Of a stretch of DNA of 64,000 bases, positions 34,476 through 44,003 are shown one piece after another. Under the pieces are notes generated by a model. That model was not told the origin of the DNA and did not search any database. It saw nothing but the letters and a program-made list of their open reading frames with translations. The stretch is from Nitrospirota bacterium. GTDB taxonomy: Bacteria; Nitrospirota; JACRHJ01. Positions within the stretch are counted from its first letter, which is position 1; the number at the start of each line of letters is the position of its first letter. The position numbers were made by a program, and so were the translations under genes. Location of the stretch: NCBI GenBank assembly GCA_016212105.1, contig JACRHJ010000013.1, positions 46,782 to 110,781 of the forward strand. Reading direction: 5' to 3'.

Positions 34476-36161
34476 TTACGACTTCAGCTCCGACGCCTTC
34501 TTCCCGAGAGACCTGGCCTGGGAGGTGAGCACCTCCACCCCGTCGTTCATCCTGGCGACCAGGTCGACGTTGCCCACGACGCTGTCCTGTATGCGGGCCA
34601 CAAGTTCCTCTATCCTGGCGCTGTCGTCCAGCTGCGTCTTCACCGCGTGGCGCATCTGGCCCGTCATCTCCGAGACCTGGCCGACCGCGTCCTTCAGCCG
34701 CCGGCTGCCCTTCGCCTGCTCGACAGTGGACTTCCTCAGCGCCATCGACAGCTCTTTTATCTTCGAGGCCGAGAGCATGACGCCCTCGGCGGAACGCGCC
34801 TGCTCCTGGGTCGCACCGGAAATCTTCGACGTCATTTCCGCTATGCCAGCGACCGCCTGGCTCACCTGCATCACCTTGTCCACCTGCTCCGCCGTCGCCG
34901 AGGCTATCTCGCCGGTCACTTCCTTGGAGATGACGACGCCCTCGATGATCTTGCCCAGCGCCTCGCCCGCCCTTGCGGTCAGGACGACGCCCTCCTCGAC
35001 CCTGGCCTGGCCGGACTCCATGGACCTGACCGCGAGCGTGACGTCCCTCTGCACCGCCTTGATTATCTTCACGATCTCCTTGGTGGAGACGCCGGTCCTC
35101 TCCGCAAGCTCCTTTATCTCGTCCGCGACGACCGCGAAGGAGCGGCCCTGCTCGCCCGCCTGGGCCGCGATTATCGCGGCGTTCAGCGCGAGCAGGTTGG
35201 TCTTCTCGCTGACCTCCGCTATGACCTTGTTTATCTCGTCGATGGCCTTCGAGCTTCGCCCAAGTCTCCTGACCATCTCGGCCCCGCCCTCGACCTCTTC
35301 CCTTATGCGCTCCATGCCCTCGATGGTCTGCTGGACCGCCACCTTGCCGGTCTCGGCGTCCGAGACGACCTCCTCGGCTAGCTCCGCCGAGCGGCGGGTG
35401 TTCTTGTCCACCCGGGCGAACGAGACCTGAATGCTCTCGATGTTGGCATTGGTCTTTTTCGCCAGCGCGGCGAGCTGGTCCACGCTCCCGGCGGTCTCGA
35501 CTATGGACATCGCCATGCTGTCGGTCATCGAGGCGCTCTCGACGATGGAGTCGAACAGCGCGCCCGCAGAGGAGGAGACGTCCTCGACGGAAGCCGCGAG
35601 CTGGCTTACCGCCACCGCGCTCTCGGACGCCACGGACATCACGCGCTCCACGTTCTCGGAAATCATGCCGCCCGAGCCGTTCAGCTCGCGCATCGCCTCG
35701 GTCACTGTCTCGACCGAGCCTATCTGCGTCTCGGAGTAGTCGATCACCTCGCGGCAGCGCGCGGAGATGCCGTCGGCCGCGGCGAGCATGTCTGCGGAGG
35801 ACCTCTCGACCTCGCCGCCTATCCCGGCCATGCGTCCGGCCAGCCTGTCGAGCCCGGCCCTTATCGCGTCCAGCTCGTCGCGTCCGGAATCCTGAGATGC
35901 GCCGGGCGTCCCGGCCATCGCGTCCACCGCGCCGGACAGCCTGGAAAGCGGGCCTATGACGAGGAGCCCGAAGGCGTAGTACAAGGACGCGACGGCGAGG
36001 CCCGCCCCGAGCAGAGCCAGGAACGACACGGCCGTGACGGACAGCCCGTCGCCGTAGATGACGAGCGCCGCGCCGCCAGGCAGAAGGCCTATGGCGGCTG
36101 ACGCAGCGGCGGAGGCTATGAATTTGACGCCGAGGCCTTTACGGCGCATCTTGTTCTCCAC
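34476..36161 (-). CDS. Methyl-accepting chemotaxis protein (membrane-anchored, no large periplasmic domain)
   Basis: Two TM segments, HAMP-like region and an MCP signalling domain ([35 protein letters not shown]). Confidence 0.9.
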   Translation of the reverse strand: MENKMRRKGLGVKFIASAAASAAIGLLPGGAALVIYGDGLSVTAVSFLALLGAGLAVASLYYAFGLLVIGPLSRLSGAVDAMAGTPGASQDSGRDELDAIRAGLDRLAGRMAGIGGEVERSSADMLAAADGISARCREVIDYSETQIGSVETVTEAMRELNGSGGMISENVERVMSVASESAVAVSQLAASVEDVSSSAGALFDSIVESASMTDSMAMSIVETAGSVDQLAALAKKTNANIESIQVSFARVDKNTRRSAELAEEVVSDAETGKVAVQQTIEGMERIREEVEGGAEMVRRLGRSSKAIDEINKVIAEVSEKTNLLALNAAIIAAQAGEQGRSFAVVADEIKELAERTGVSTKEIVKIIKAVQRDVTLAVRSMESGQARVEEGVVLTARAGEALGKIIEGVVISKEVTGEIASATAEQVDKVMQVSQAVAGIAEMTSKISGATQEQARSAEGVMLSASKIKELSMALRKSTVEQAKGSRRLKDAVGQVSEMTGQMRHAVKTQLDDSARIEELVARIQDSVVGNVDLVARMNDGVEVLTSQARSLGKKASELKS

Positions 36162-36164
36162 GTG

Positions 36165-36350
36165 CCGGCGGTTGATTACCTAAATCCCCCATCCTCTGAT
36201 AAGAGGGGGGCTGGGTGGTGTTATTAATTCAGCAACATAATAGGCAAACTTCCTGGACCCCGTGTCAAGCACGGGGAGACGAACAAGCACACGTCATTCC
36301 CGCCCCGGCTTTAGACATACCGGGGCAGGCTCCAGCGGGAATCCAGTGAC
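36165..36350. repeat. Intergenic mosaic (M, H, A with nested N insertion)
   Basis: cctctgataagaggggggctgggtggtg; ccccgtgtcaagcacgggg; gtcattcccgc[cccggctttagacataccggggcaggctcca]gcgggaatcc. Confidence 0.85.
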
Positions 36351-36414
36351 TTTTGTTACTTCGCATGGTTTGCACATAATGCTGCCAGCTAAATATGAAG
36401 TACCGCAACCTGCG

Positions 36415-36948
36415 TCACGCGGGCGACTGCCCCGCGTCTCTTTTAGCAAGCTCCTCGGCCGCGACGAGCCCCTTCAGCTCGTCGCCGGTAAGAAGCCTGT
36501 CCACGTCGAGTATGACGATAAGCCTGTCGCCTACCTTGCCGACCCCGGTAAAGTACTCCGTGTCCGTGCCCTTGACGGTGTCCGGGGTCGCCTCCACGTT
36601 GTCGGAGTTCAGGTATATGACCTCGTAGACCTCGTCCACCACCATCCCGAGGACGCGCCCCTCGAGCCGGACGATAATGACCCGCACCTTCTTGGGGTCG
36701 CCGCCTTCGGAGTCCACGCCGAACCTCTTTCTGAGGTCTACGATGGGCACCACCTTGCCGCGCAGGTTCATGACCCCCTCGACGAACCGCGGCGCCCTCG
36801 GTATCTTCGTGACCTTCTGGGGCCTGATTATCTCCATGATCTTCATGATGTCCATGGAGTACTCCTCGCCCCCGACCTTGAAGACGGCGAGCTGCATCTC
36901 AGTAACCGCCCTCGAGGCCTCTTTCGGCCTGAGCCTGTCTATAGCCAT
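36415..36948 (-). CDS. cheW: Chemotaxis coupling protein CheW
   Basis: QLAVFKVGGEEYSMDIMKIMEII..., VEGVMNLRGKVVPIVDLRKRFG; 177 aa. Confidence 0.9.
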   Translation of the reverse strand: MAIDRLRPKEASRAVTEMQLAVFKVGGEEYSMDIMKIMEIIRPQKVTKIPRAPRFVEGVMNLRGKVVPIVDLRKRFGVDSEGGDPKKVRVIIVRLEGRVLGMVVDEVYEVIYLNSDNVEATPDTVKGTDTEYFTGVGKVGDRLIVILDVDRLLTGDELKGLVAAEELAKRDAGQSPA

Positions 36949-36961
36949 CTGAAGCCCCTTC

Positions 36962-39859
36962 CTACTTGTATTCTATGCCGTAGATCTGCTTCATCATCTT
37001 CCGCACGCCCTCGTAGTCCGAGTCGGAAGACTTGACGAAGCCGTCGTACTCCGGGTCTATCGCCCGGAGCGCCTTCGCGGCGGCGGGGTCCGTGACCTTC
37101 ATGGCGGCCAGCGCCTCCCGCAGCTGCTCCCGCGTTGCCTTGTCCAGGTTCTTGCCGGCGACAACGTTGAAGTTCGGGATGTCTCCGGAGACGTGTACCA
37201 CGCGGAGCCCCTCCTCCTGGTGCTGCCTGGCGATGGACACCGCCATGCCGCCGGCGTCCGCGTCGCCCTCCAGCACCGCCCTGACCACCTCGTCCTGGCG
37301 GTGCATGTACTTGTATGACTTGAGGTCCTGGAGCTTGATCCCGGCCTCTGCCAGCACCGCCCTCGGCATCAGGTGCGAGGTCGAGGACTTCTCGTCCCCG
37401 AACGCGAACGTCCTGCCGGCGACGTCCGCGAGCGAGTTAACGCCGCTGCCCTCTCGCGTCGCGATCACCGAGTTCGTGGACGGGCGGCCCTTGGCGGACG
37501 CGGTGACGAGCACCTTTGCCCCGAACTTGTGCCTCGCCTCGACGTACGTTGTCGGGCTCATGTAGCAGATGTCCGTCCTGCCCTGCCCGAGGTCGTTCAC
37601 GGTCTCCGACATGTCGTGGCCGGCCACCACCTCGACCTTGACCCCGAGCCTGTCGGACAGGTACTCGGCGAGCGGGGTGAAGTGCCTCCTCATCGCTGAC
37701 GCGTCCTCTATCGGTATCACGCCCATCCGGAGCGTCTTGTCCGCGAGGTTGTATTCCGACATCAGCACGAAGTGGTTTATCTCCTCCCTGAGGACGTCTG
37801 CCTGCCTGGTCAGCTCCGTGACTGACTGGTCCATCTCGGACGCGAGCGTTACGGACTGAGCGGTTATGTCCCTTATCTTCTCTATCGCGCCTACTATCTC
37901 CTGGCTGCCCTTCCTCTGCTCGGACGTCGCGGAGGCTATGTGCTGCACCTTCTCGGAGACGTTCTCGACCGCCATCGTGATCTGCTTGCTGCCCTTGGCC
38001 TGCTCGGCCATCGCGTTACGCACCTGCTTGGCTATCTCGCTCATCTTCTCCGAGGCCATCATTATCTGCTCGGTGCCCTTCGCCTGCTCCTGCGTCGCCT
38101 TGAGTATGTGCTGCACCATGTCGCTGATGGACAGCATCGCGTCCGAGACCTGGCGTATCCCCTCGGCCTGCTCGACCGTCGCCTTCTCGATGCCCTTCGA
38201 CATGCTGGCCGACTTCGACGACGACTCGACTATCTTGACCAGCGCGTCCTTTGCCTCGTATGCTATCTTAACGCCCTGCTCGACGCTGTCGCGGCCGCTC
38301 TTTATGGACACGACCGCGTCCCTCGCCTCGGTCTGGACCGCGCCGATTAGCTTCGCTATCTCGGACGTGGACGAGGACGTCCGCTCCGCCAGGTCCTTTA
38401 TCTCGCTCGCCACGACCGCGAAGCCCTTGCCGTGCTCGCCCGCCTGGGCGGCGAGTATGGCCGCGTTAAGCGCGAGGAGCGACGTCTGGTCCGTGACCTC
38501 GTCGATGACGTTCAGTATCTCGCCTATCTCCTCCGAGCGGCCGCCGAGCTGCTCTATGACGTGCGCGGCCTTGACGACAGTGTCCTTTATCTCCTCCATG
38601 CCCTTTATGGTCTTCTCTACCGCCCTCATGCCGAGCTCAGACGCCTCGGCCGTGACCTTCTCGGACAGCCCGGTGGACTCTTTCGCCACCGACTCGACCT
38701 CCTTGATGGACGCGCCCATCTCTGTCGCGGACGCAGTGGTCTCCTCGGCCGCAGACGACAGGACGTCGACGTTCTCGGAGACCTGCCTGACCGTCGCGGC
38801 CATCTCCATGATGGAAGAAGACGTAGACTCGGTCGAGGCGGACAGGTCGTTCGTGATGCTCGCCACCTCGTCTATCGAGGCGGCCATCTCCATGATGGAA
38901 GAGGAAGACGACTCCGCGGAGGACGAGAGAGACTCGACGCTCTCCGCGACCTCGCGTATGGAGGCGTTCATCTCCTCCATCGACGAGGAAGTGGACTCCG
39001 TCAGCTCCTGCTGCACCAGCGCGCCCTCTGATATCTTCTTCGAGTTTATCGCTATCCGCTCTGTCGCGTTGGTCACGCTTATGGAGGCGTCCTTTACCTT
39101 GCCGAGCATGTTCTTGAGGTTCGCCACCATCGTGTTGATGGCGCCGCCGAGCGCGCCCAGCTCGTCCTCCGTCTTTACGTCTATGGTCTTGGTCAGGTCG
39201 CCCTTGGCGATCTGCGTCGCGGTCACCACGAGGTAGGATATCGGGTCCGTTATGAACCTCGTGATGAAGAACGTGAACGCGAAAATGGCGATGACCAGCG
39301 AGACGACGCCGATGAGCACCGACCTTTTCACAAGCTGGTCCTTCTTCGCGCCAAGCTCCTCGTAGCCGAGCCCCAGCCGGAGCGCGCCGATGTGCTTGTC
39401 CTCTGCGTCCTTGAGCGGTATGACGGCGTCGTAGTACTTCTTGTCCTTGTAGGTGAAGGTCCTGTACTTCCCCTCCTCCACCTCCTTGGCCGCAGCGGCG
39501 CTGACCGCGTCGTCCATAACCTTCCCGACCTGCCCCGGGTCGTCGGCGTAAAGCACCTTGCCGGCCGTGTCGGTGATGATGCAGTACCCGATGTTCTCGT
39601 GCTTCTGGGTAAGTACCATGCACTCGTCGCTCACGCCCTCCAGCGAGTCGAGCGTAAGCCCGAGGTTCAGCGCCTTGGACAGGTTGTTCCTGAACTCCTG
39701 CCCGACCACGAACGCCTTGTCCAGGAACGCGTCCGTGTAGCTGCTCGTGAACCCGTAGGTCAGCGCCACGGTCAGCAGTGTGACCACGAGCACCAGCATC
39801 CCGGTGACCATGCCGAGCGCCCTGAATTTCAGCGATTTAATGGTGAAGTCCAGCTTCAT
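36962..39859 (-). CDS. Methyl-accepting chemotaxis protein with a periplasmic sensor, HAMP, long MA domain and a C-terminal PhnD/SsuA-like substrate-binding (PBP) domain
   Basis: The periplasmic domain resembles the sensor of the kinase at 17447. MA domain ([34 protein letters not shown]). C-terminal ~270 aa: MGVIPIEDASAMRRHFTPLAEYLSDRLGVKVEVV...CYMSPTTYVEARHKFG...TFAFGDEKSSTSHLMP (phosphonate-binding-protein-like). Confidence 0.85.
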   Translation of the reverse strand: MKLDFTIKSLKFRALGMVTGMLVLVVTLLTVALTYGFTSSYTDAFLDKAFVVGQEFRNNLSKALNLGLTLDSLEGVSDECMVLTQKHENIGYCIITDTAGKVLYADDPGQVGKVMDDAVSAAAAKEVEEGKYRTFTYKDKKYYDAVIPLKDAEDKHIGALRLGLGYEELGAKKDQLVKRSVLIGVVSLVIAIFAFTFFITRFITDPISYLVVTATQIAKGDLTKTIDVKTEDELGALGGAINTMVANLKNMLGKVKDASISVTNATERIAINSKKISEGALVQQELTESTSSSMEEMNASIREVAESVESLSSSAESSSSSIMEMAASIDEVASITNDLSASTESTSSSIMEMAATVRQVSENVDVLSSAAEETTASATEMGASIKEVESVAKESTGLSEKVTAEASELGMRAVEKTIKGMEEIKDTVVKAAHVIEQLGGRSEEIGEILNVIDEVTDQTSLLALNAAILAAQAGEHGKGFAVVASEIKDLAERTSSSTSEIAKLIGAVQTEARDAVVSIKSGRDSVEQGVKIAYEAKDALVKIVESSSKSASMSKGIEKATVEQAEGIRQVSDAMLSISDMVQHILKATQEQAKGTEQIMMASEKMSEIAKQVRNAMAEQAKGSKQITMAVENVSEKVQHIASATSEQRKGSQEIVGAIEKIRDITAQSVTLASEMDQSVTELTRQADVLREEINHFVLMSEYNLADKTLRMGVIPIEDASAMRRHFTPLAEYLSDRLGVKVEVVAGHDMSETVNDLGQGRTDICYMSPTTYVEARHKFGAKVLVTASAKGRPSTNSVIATREGSGVNSLADVAGRTFAFGDEKSSTSHLMPRAVLAEAGIKLQDLKSYKYMHRQDEVVRAVLEGDADAGGMAVSIARQHQEEGLRVVHVSGDIPNFNVVAGKNLDKATREQLREALAAMKVTDPAAAKALRAIDPEYDGFVKSSDSDYEGVRKMMKQIYGIEYK

Positions 39860-39868
39860 CGAGGCCTC

Positions 39869-40843
39869 CTACTTTATCACCTTCGTGGCGGCGTTCAGGA
39901 CGTCGAAGGGCACCTTGAGGCCCAGGGTGTTGGCCGCCTTGAGGTTCAGCACGAGGTCGACCCTCTTCGCGTTCTCGACCTCCATGCCGGACGGGGAACC
40001 GCCCTTGAGTATCTTCGCTACCTGTTCCGCGGCCGCCTCGCCCTGCTCCGCGGACGACGGCGCGAGCGCGAGGAGCGCGCCCTTCTCTGCCAGTCCGGCG
40101 ACCTGGGTCACGGCGGGCGTCTTGGCCTTGTTGGTAGCCCCGATAATGCCGACGGCCTCCCTGGACACGACCGCGCTGCACGAGATGTATACGCAGTCGG
40201 AGTCCTTGGCCGCCCCAGGCACCTTGCCCTTGACCTCGGAGGCGCTCCTGGCGGCGACCTCGCTCACCTGGAAGCCGAGGCCCGACGCGCTCTTCTTTAT
40301 CTCGTCGAGCTGCACCACGGAGTCCTTCTCGTCCGGGTTGTAGATTACCGCTATCTTCGCGAACGGCGTTATGGACTTGAGCGTCTTCAGGAGCGTGGTC
40401 ATCGGGACCTTCGAGCTGACCCCGGTCGAGTTGCCCTTCTTCAGCCCGCATGACTGCGGGTCGTAGACGTATGAGAAGACGACCGGTATGCTGGAGGTCT
40501 CCTTGAGCGCGGCGAGCGCGGCCGGCGCGCCGTAGGTGACGATGACGTCCACGCCGACGCCGACGAACTTCCTGACGCTGTTCGTCCAGGACATCGGGTC
40601 CGGGTTAGGGGTCTGGACGAATATCTCCACCTTGTTCTGGTCGAAGCCGTGCTTGGCGAGCGCGCCGACGAACGCCTTGTGGGCGTCCTGGTACCGCTGC
40701 ACGTCGCCGGACATCACGACCCCGATGGACTTTTCCGCCGCCTCCGCCCGCCCGGAGAATCCGAGCACAAGAAGGCATAGCAGCATCATGATTATTTTAT
40801 TCGACCGCATGGTCATCCTCCTGCCTGAAAATATGCATCGCAA
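39869..40843 (-). CDS. Periplasmic substrate-binding protein, COG2984 (ABC-type uncharacterised transport system) family
   Basis: Signal peptide, SIGVVMSGDVQRYQDAHKAFVGALAKHGF, PVVFSYVYDP, GNSTGVS. Start could be 40843, 40816 or 40810. Confidence 0.7.
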   Translation of the reverse strand: MRCIFSGRRMTMRSNKIIMMLLCLLVLGFSGRAEAAEKSIGVVMSGDVQRYQDAHKAFVGALAKHGFDQNKVEIFVQTPNPDPMSWTNSVRKFVGVGVDVIVTYGAPAALAALKETSSIPVVFSYVYDPQSCGLKKGNSTGVSSKVPMTTLLKTLKSITPFAKIAVIYNPDEKDSVVQLDEIKKSASGLGFQVSEVAARSASEVKGKVPGAAKDSDCVYISCSAVVSREAVGIIGATNKAKTPAVTQVAGLAEKGALLALAPSSAEQGEAAAEQVAKILKGGSPSGMEVENAKRVDLVLNLKAANTLGLKVPFDVLNAATKVIK

Positions 40844-40860
40844 TAATTACGGATTAAACC

Positions 40861-42900
40861 CTACCAGTTCCTGGTCAGCAGCACGAGCACAGCCTGGGCG
40901 GTGCCGTCCTGGTCCCCGTCCTGGGGCTGGTCCTGCATGTCCTGGTAGTTGTTCAGGTTATAGCTCGCCTCGGCGCCCCAGCCGTTACGGAAGGCGTACT
41001 TCGCCGTCACGCCGCCGCCGGTCTCGCGGACCTTGAGGTTGGTGAGCGGGCCGATGTACGAGGACGAAACGCCCGCGTTCGCGACGCTTGTCCTGAACCG
41101 CCCCCTGGACCATGACTGGTGGAACTCCCCGTTCAGAGACAGCGGGAACGCGAACTCGTAGTCCGCGCCGAGCAAGTACATGTGGGACGTGTCCCTGTTT
41201 GTCACGTGGTCCTCGGTAGGCGCGGCGAAGGGAGGAAGGTTGAATTCCATCTCCTGGGCCTTCTTGTACCTCGTGTAGTCGTACGACGCGTTGAGCGAGA
41301 GCCTCTCGGCGGGCGTCCAGGACACGAGCGCGCCGACGTTGTCTCTCGACAGCCTCATCTCGGCGTTGTTGTTTTCGGCGCGGGTTATGCGGTAGTAGAG
41401 GTCAGCCGCGACGGACGTGGACGGCGTCCAGTCGACGTCGAACCTTCCCGTGAACTGTGTCTTGGGCCTTATCGCATAGGCCGGGTCGCTGTTGTACAGG
41501 CACTGCACCGCGCCCTTGGCCTTGAGGCTCCTGGACGGCCTTACGTCCACGCCGACCTTCACCGTATGCTGGTTCTCCTCGGACGGTATCGGCAGTATGC
41601 CGGGGATCGTGGGGTCGGTGTACCACACGACCTCCTTGTACCTCTCCTTCTTCTCGAACAGGTACTCGACCTTCATGCCGAACCAGTTGCACGGCGTGTA
41701 ACGCACCGTCGCCTCCGCCTTGTTCGTGCGGCTGTCTACCGCGTTCTTCGTGGGCCGGTTCTTTACGGCCGGCGCGCCCGGGTAGTTCGGCTCGAAGATA
41801 AAGTCCGGCGTCTCGGTGTCGAGCTCAAGGTAGCGGTAACGGAGCGCGACGGTCACATGCTCGAACGGCATCAGCGTCAGGTCCGTGTATGCGCGCCTGA
41901 AGTCCACTTTCGCGTCTGATATGTTGTTCTCCTTGCCGCCGTTGACGAACGTGGCCGAGCCGACTATCCTGCCGGTCAGGTCCGTGTGGGCCTTTACGGC
42001 GTCCTCGCTGGTCGTTATCTCCGGCATGAAGGCATGCTCGGCCGTGTAGGTTGTCGCGCCCACCCTGTACCTGTCGAACAGCGTCGTGTCTTTGTGGGAG
42101 TCGAACGTCTTTATACGGTGGGCGTACTCAAGCTCCACCGGGCCGAAATGGCCGTTGGCCCCGGCCCTGTACTGCCTGGTTATCCAGTCGATCGACCGCG
42201 TCTGGCCGTACTTGGCGCTGCCGGTGTCGCCCGGGTTCCTTGCGTAGAACCTCTTCTGGACGCTGCCCTCCTTCGTGAACTGGCGGAACTCGCCGAATAC
42301 ATGGTACGCCCTGTCCGGCCACTTGAGCCTCAGGTGGAGCCTGTTGTCGTGTACCGTCGCGTGGTATATGTCGTCCCCGCCCAGTTCGAAGTAGGTAGCC
42401 GCCGTCACCGGCTTTAAGTGGTCGAGGTTGTGCCAGAGGCCGAGGCCGATGTAGCTGAGCTTAACCGCATCTTTGTAAGCATACGCGAACTCGGTCTGGT
42501 AGTCGTACTGGTTCTTCATGTCCAGCTCCGCGTCGAACCGGTGCGGGAGCGGGCTGTAGTGGAGCTTGAACCCGCCGGTGACGCTCGAATGCGGCCACCC
42601 GAACTCCATGGCCCGGTTGGCCCCGTTCACGTCGACCACCCTCCCGCCAAGCCAGGTCCTGAATTCCGGCTCGAGGTTGAAGTGCATCGGCGGGAGTTCC
42701 GCTACCTCTTCCTCCCACGCGGCGGCCTCGTCCAGCGAGGCCGAGCCGTCTTCCTCCGCGACTGCGGCCGCGTCATCGGCGCCAGCCTCGGCGCCCGAGT
42801 AGTCCGCCGGCGTCTCGCCGCCCATTACCGGCGCGGCCACGCAGACGATAGATACAATCAGCAGTATATAAAGCAGGTTTTTCATTTTGTCGCCTCCCAA
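40861..42900 (-). CDS. Outer-membrane beta-barrel protein, candidate MtrB/PioB/MtoB-like porin partner of the adjacent decaheme cytochrome
   Basis: Signal peptide; 679 aa rich in alternating aromatic/polar beta-strand patterns (YxY, Y-rich loops). C-terminal ...VLVLLTRNW has the terminal aromatic typical of OMP barrels. Sits 16 nt downstream of the cytochrome. Confidence 0.55.
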   Translation of the reverse strand: MGGDKMKNLLYILLIVSIVCVAAPVMGGETPADYSGAEAGADDAAAVAEEDGSASLDEAAAWEEEVAELPPMHFNLEPEFRTWLGGRVVDVNGANRAMEFGWPHSSVTGGFKLHYSPLPHRFDAELDMKNQYDYQTEFAYAYKDAVKLSYIGLGLWHNLDHLKPVTAATYFELGGDDIYHATVHDNRLHLRLKWPDRAYHVFGEFRQFTKEGSVQKRFYARNPGDTGSAKYGQTRSIDWITRQYRAGANGHFGPVELEYAHRIKTFDSHKDTTLFDRYRVGATTYTAEHAFMPEITTSEDAVKAHTDLTGRIVGSATFVNGGKENNISDAKVDFRRAYTDLTLMPFEHVTVALRYRYLELDTETPDFIFEPNYPGAPAVKNRPTKNAVDSRTNKAEATVRYTPCNWFGMKVEYLFEKKERYKEVVWYTDPTIPGILPIPSEENQHTVKVGVDVRPSRSLKAKGAVQCLYNSDPAYAIRPKTQFTGRFDVDWTPSTSVAADLYYRITRAENNNAEMRLSRDNVGALVSWTPAERLSLNASYDYTRYKKAQEMEFNLPPFAAPTEDHVTNRDTSHMYLLGADYEFAFPLSLNGEFHQSWSRGRFRTSVANAGVSSSYIGPLTNLKVRETGGGVTAKYAFRNGWGAEASYNLNNYQDMQDQPQDGDQDGTAQAVLVLLTRNW

Positions 42901-42916
42901 GGTTGTACCGTAATGC

Positions 42917-43888
42917 CTACTTTAAGAAAACGCCCGGCCTGGTCGCGCTGTTGCTGGGCGAATCCGTGCCGTGTATCTCGGTGTGGCAGTCCGTGCAACG
43001 CGTGGCACGGTCGGTAGAGCCAGTGACCCTGTGGCTCTCGTGGCACTGGTAGCACAGGTACGGCATCTTGGACGTAAGCAGGCCGTCGTTCACCGAGCCG
43101 TGGGAGACGTGGCAGTTGCGGCAGTCCTCGGTCACGTCCGCGTGCTCGTAGGCGAACGGCCCCTCCTTCTCGGCGTGGCAGGCGGTGCAGACCTCCTTGA
43201 CCGTCGCCTCCCTCAGCTGCTTCTCGTTGGCCGTCCCGTGAGGGTCGTGGCAGTCGAGGCAGTTAACCCTCTGCTCCGGCACCGGGTGGTGCGTCGGGAG
43301 CGCGAATTCGGCCTTTATGTACTGGTGGCAGCTGTAGCATAGCTGTGCCACGTCCTTGGGGTGGACCTTGAGGTCGGCGCCCTTGTGGACCTTGTGGCAG
43401 TCGAAACAGGAGACGCCGGACATGTTGTGGACGCCGGAGTTCCAGTTGTGCAGGTTGAACGTCGCGTTGGACGAATGGCATTTCATGCATATCAGCGCCT
43501 GTGCCTGCTTGGGCAGGCCATCCAGGTCTATGAACGTCTCGTAATCACAGGTCTGCACGCCGTCCACGTCCTTGATGCCCTTTATCGCCAGACTCCCCGG
43601 CCCGTGGCAGGACTCGCAGTTGACCAGCGGCAGGCCGGACTCGGCCGAGAGCTGCGCGCCCATCGTTGACGCCTCGAAGTACTTCTTGTACTGGTCGTGG
43701 GCGTGGCACTTGGCCAGGCACGCCTGGTCGCCGACGTAGTCGGCGTCGAGACGGCCGACTATCAGCTTCTCGTACTCCTTCACCGGGATGATCGGCTTGC
43801 TTGCCATCATCGAGACGCAGCCCGTGACCGTAGCGAATACGGCGGCCGCGAACACAACCAGGAAAGGCCCTGTCCTCATACTCAGCAT
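42917..43888 (-). CDS. Decaheme c-type cytochrome (MtrA/PioA/MtoA-like, periplasmic/lipoprotein)
   Basis: Ten CXXCH motifs counted: CLAKCH, CESCH, CMKCH, CFDCH, CYSCH, CLDCH, CTACH, CRNCH, CYQCH, CTDCH. 323 aa; signal peptide with possible lipobox TVTGC. Confidence 0.9.
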   Translation of the reverse strand: MLSMRTGPFLVVFAAAVFATVTGCVSMMASKPIIPVKEYEKLIVGRLDADYVGDQACLAKCHAHDQYKKYFEASTMGAQLSAESGLPLVNCESCHGPGSLAIKGIKDVDGVQTCDYETFIDLDGLPKQAQALICMKCHSSNATFNLHNWNSGVHNMSGVSCFDCHKVHKGADLKVHPKDVAQLCYSCHQYIKAEFALPTHHPVPEQRVNCLDCHDPHGTANEKQLREATVKEVCTACHAEKEGPFAYEHADVTEDCRNCHVSHGSVNDGLLTSKMPYLCYQCHESHRVTGSTDRATRCTDCHTEIHGTDSPSNSATRPGVFLK

Positions 43889-44003
43889 CTCATACCTCCT
43901 TGACTCGCATGTGACAATAACTGCTTACCCTTGATTAATCTTCCTGAAACGAAGCACTGAATATATCAACCAGGCTGTAATGCCTGTAATCGACCGCCGT
44001 CCG

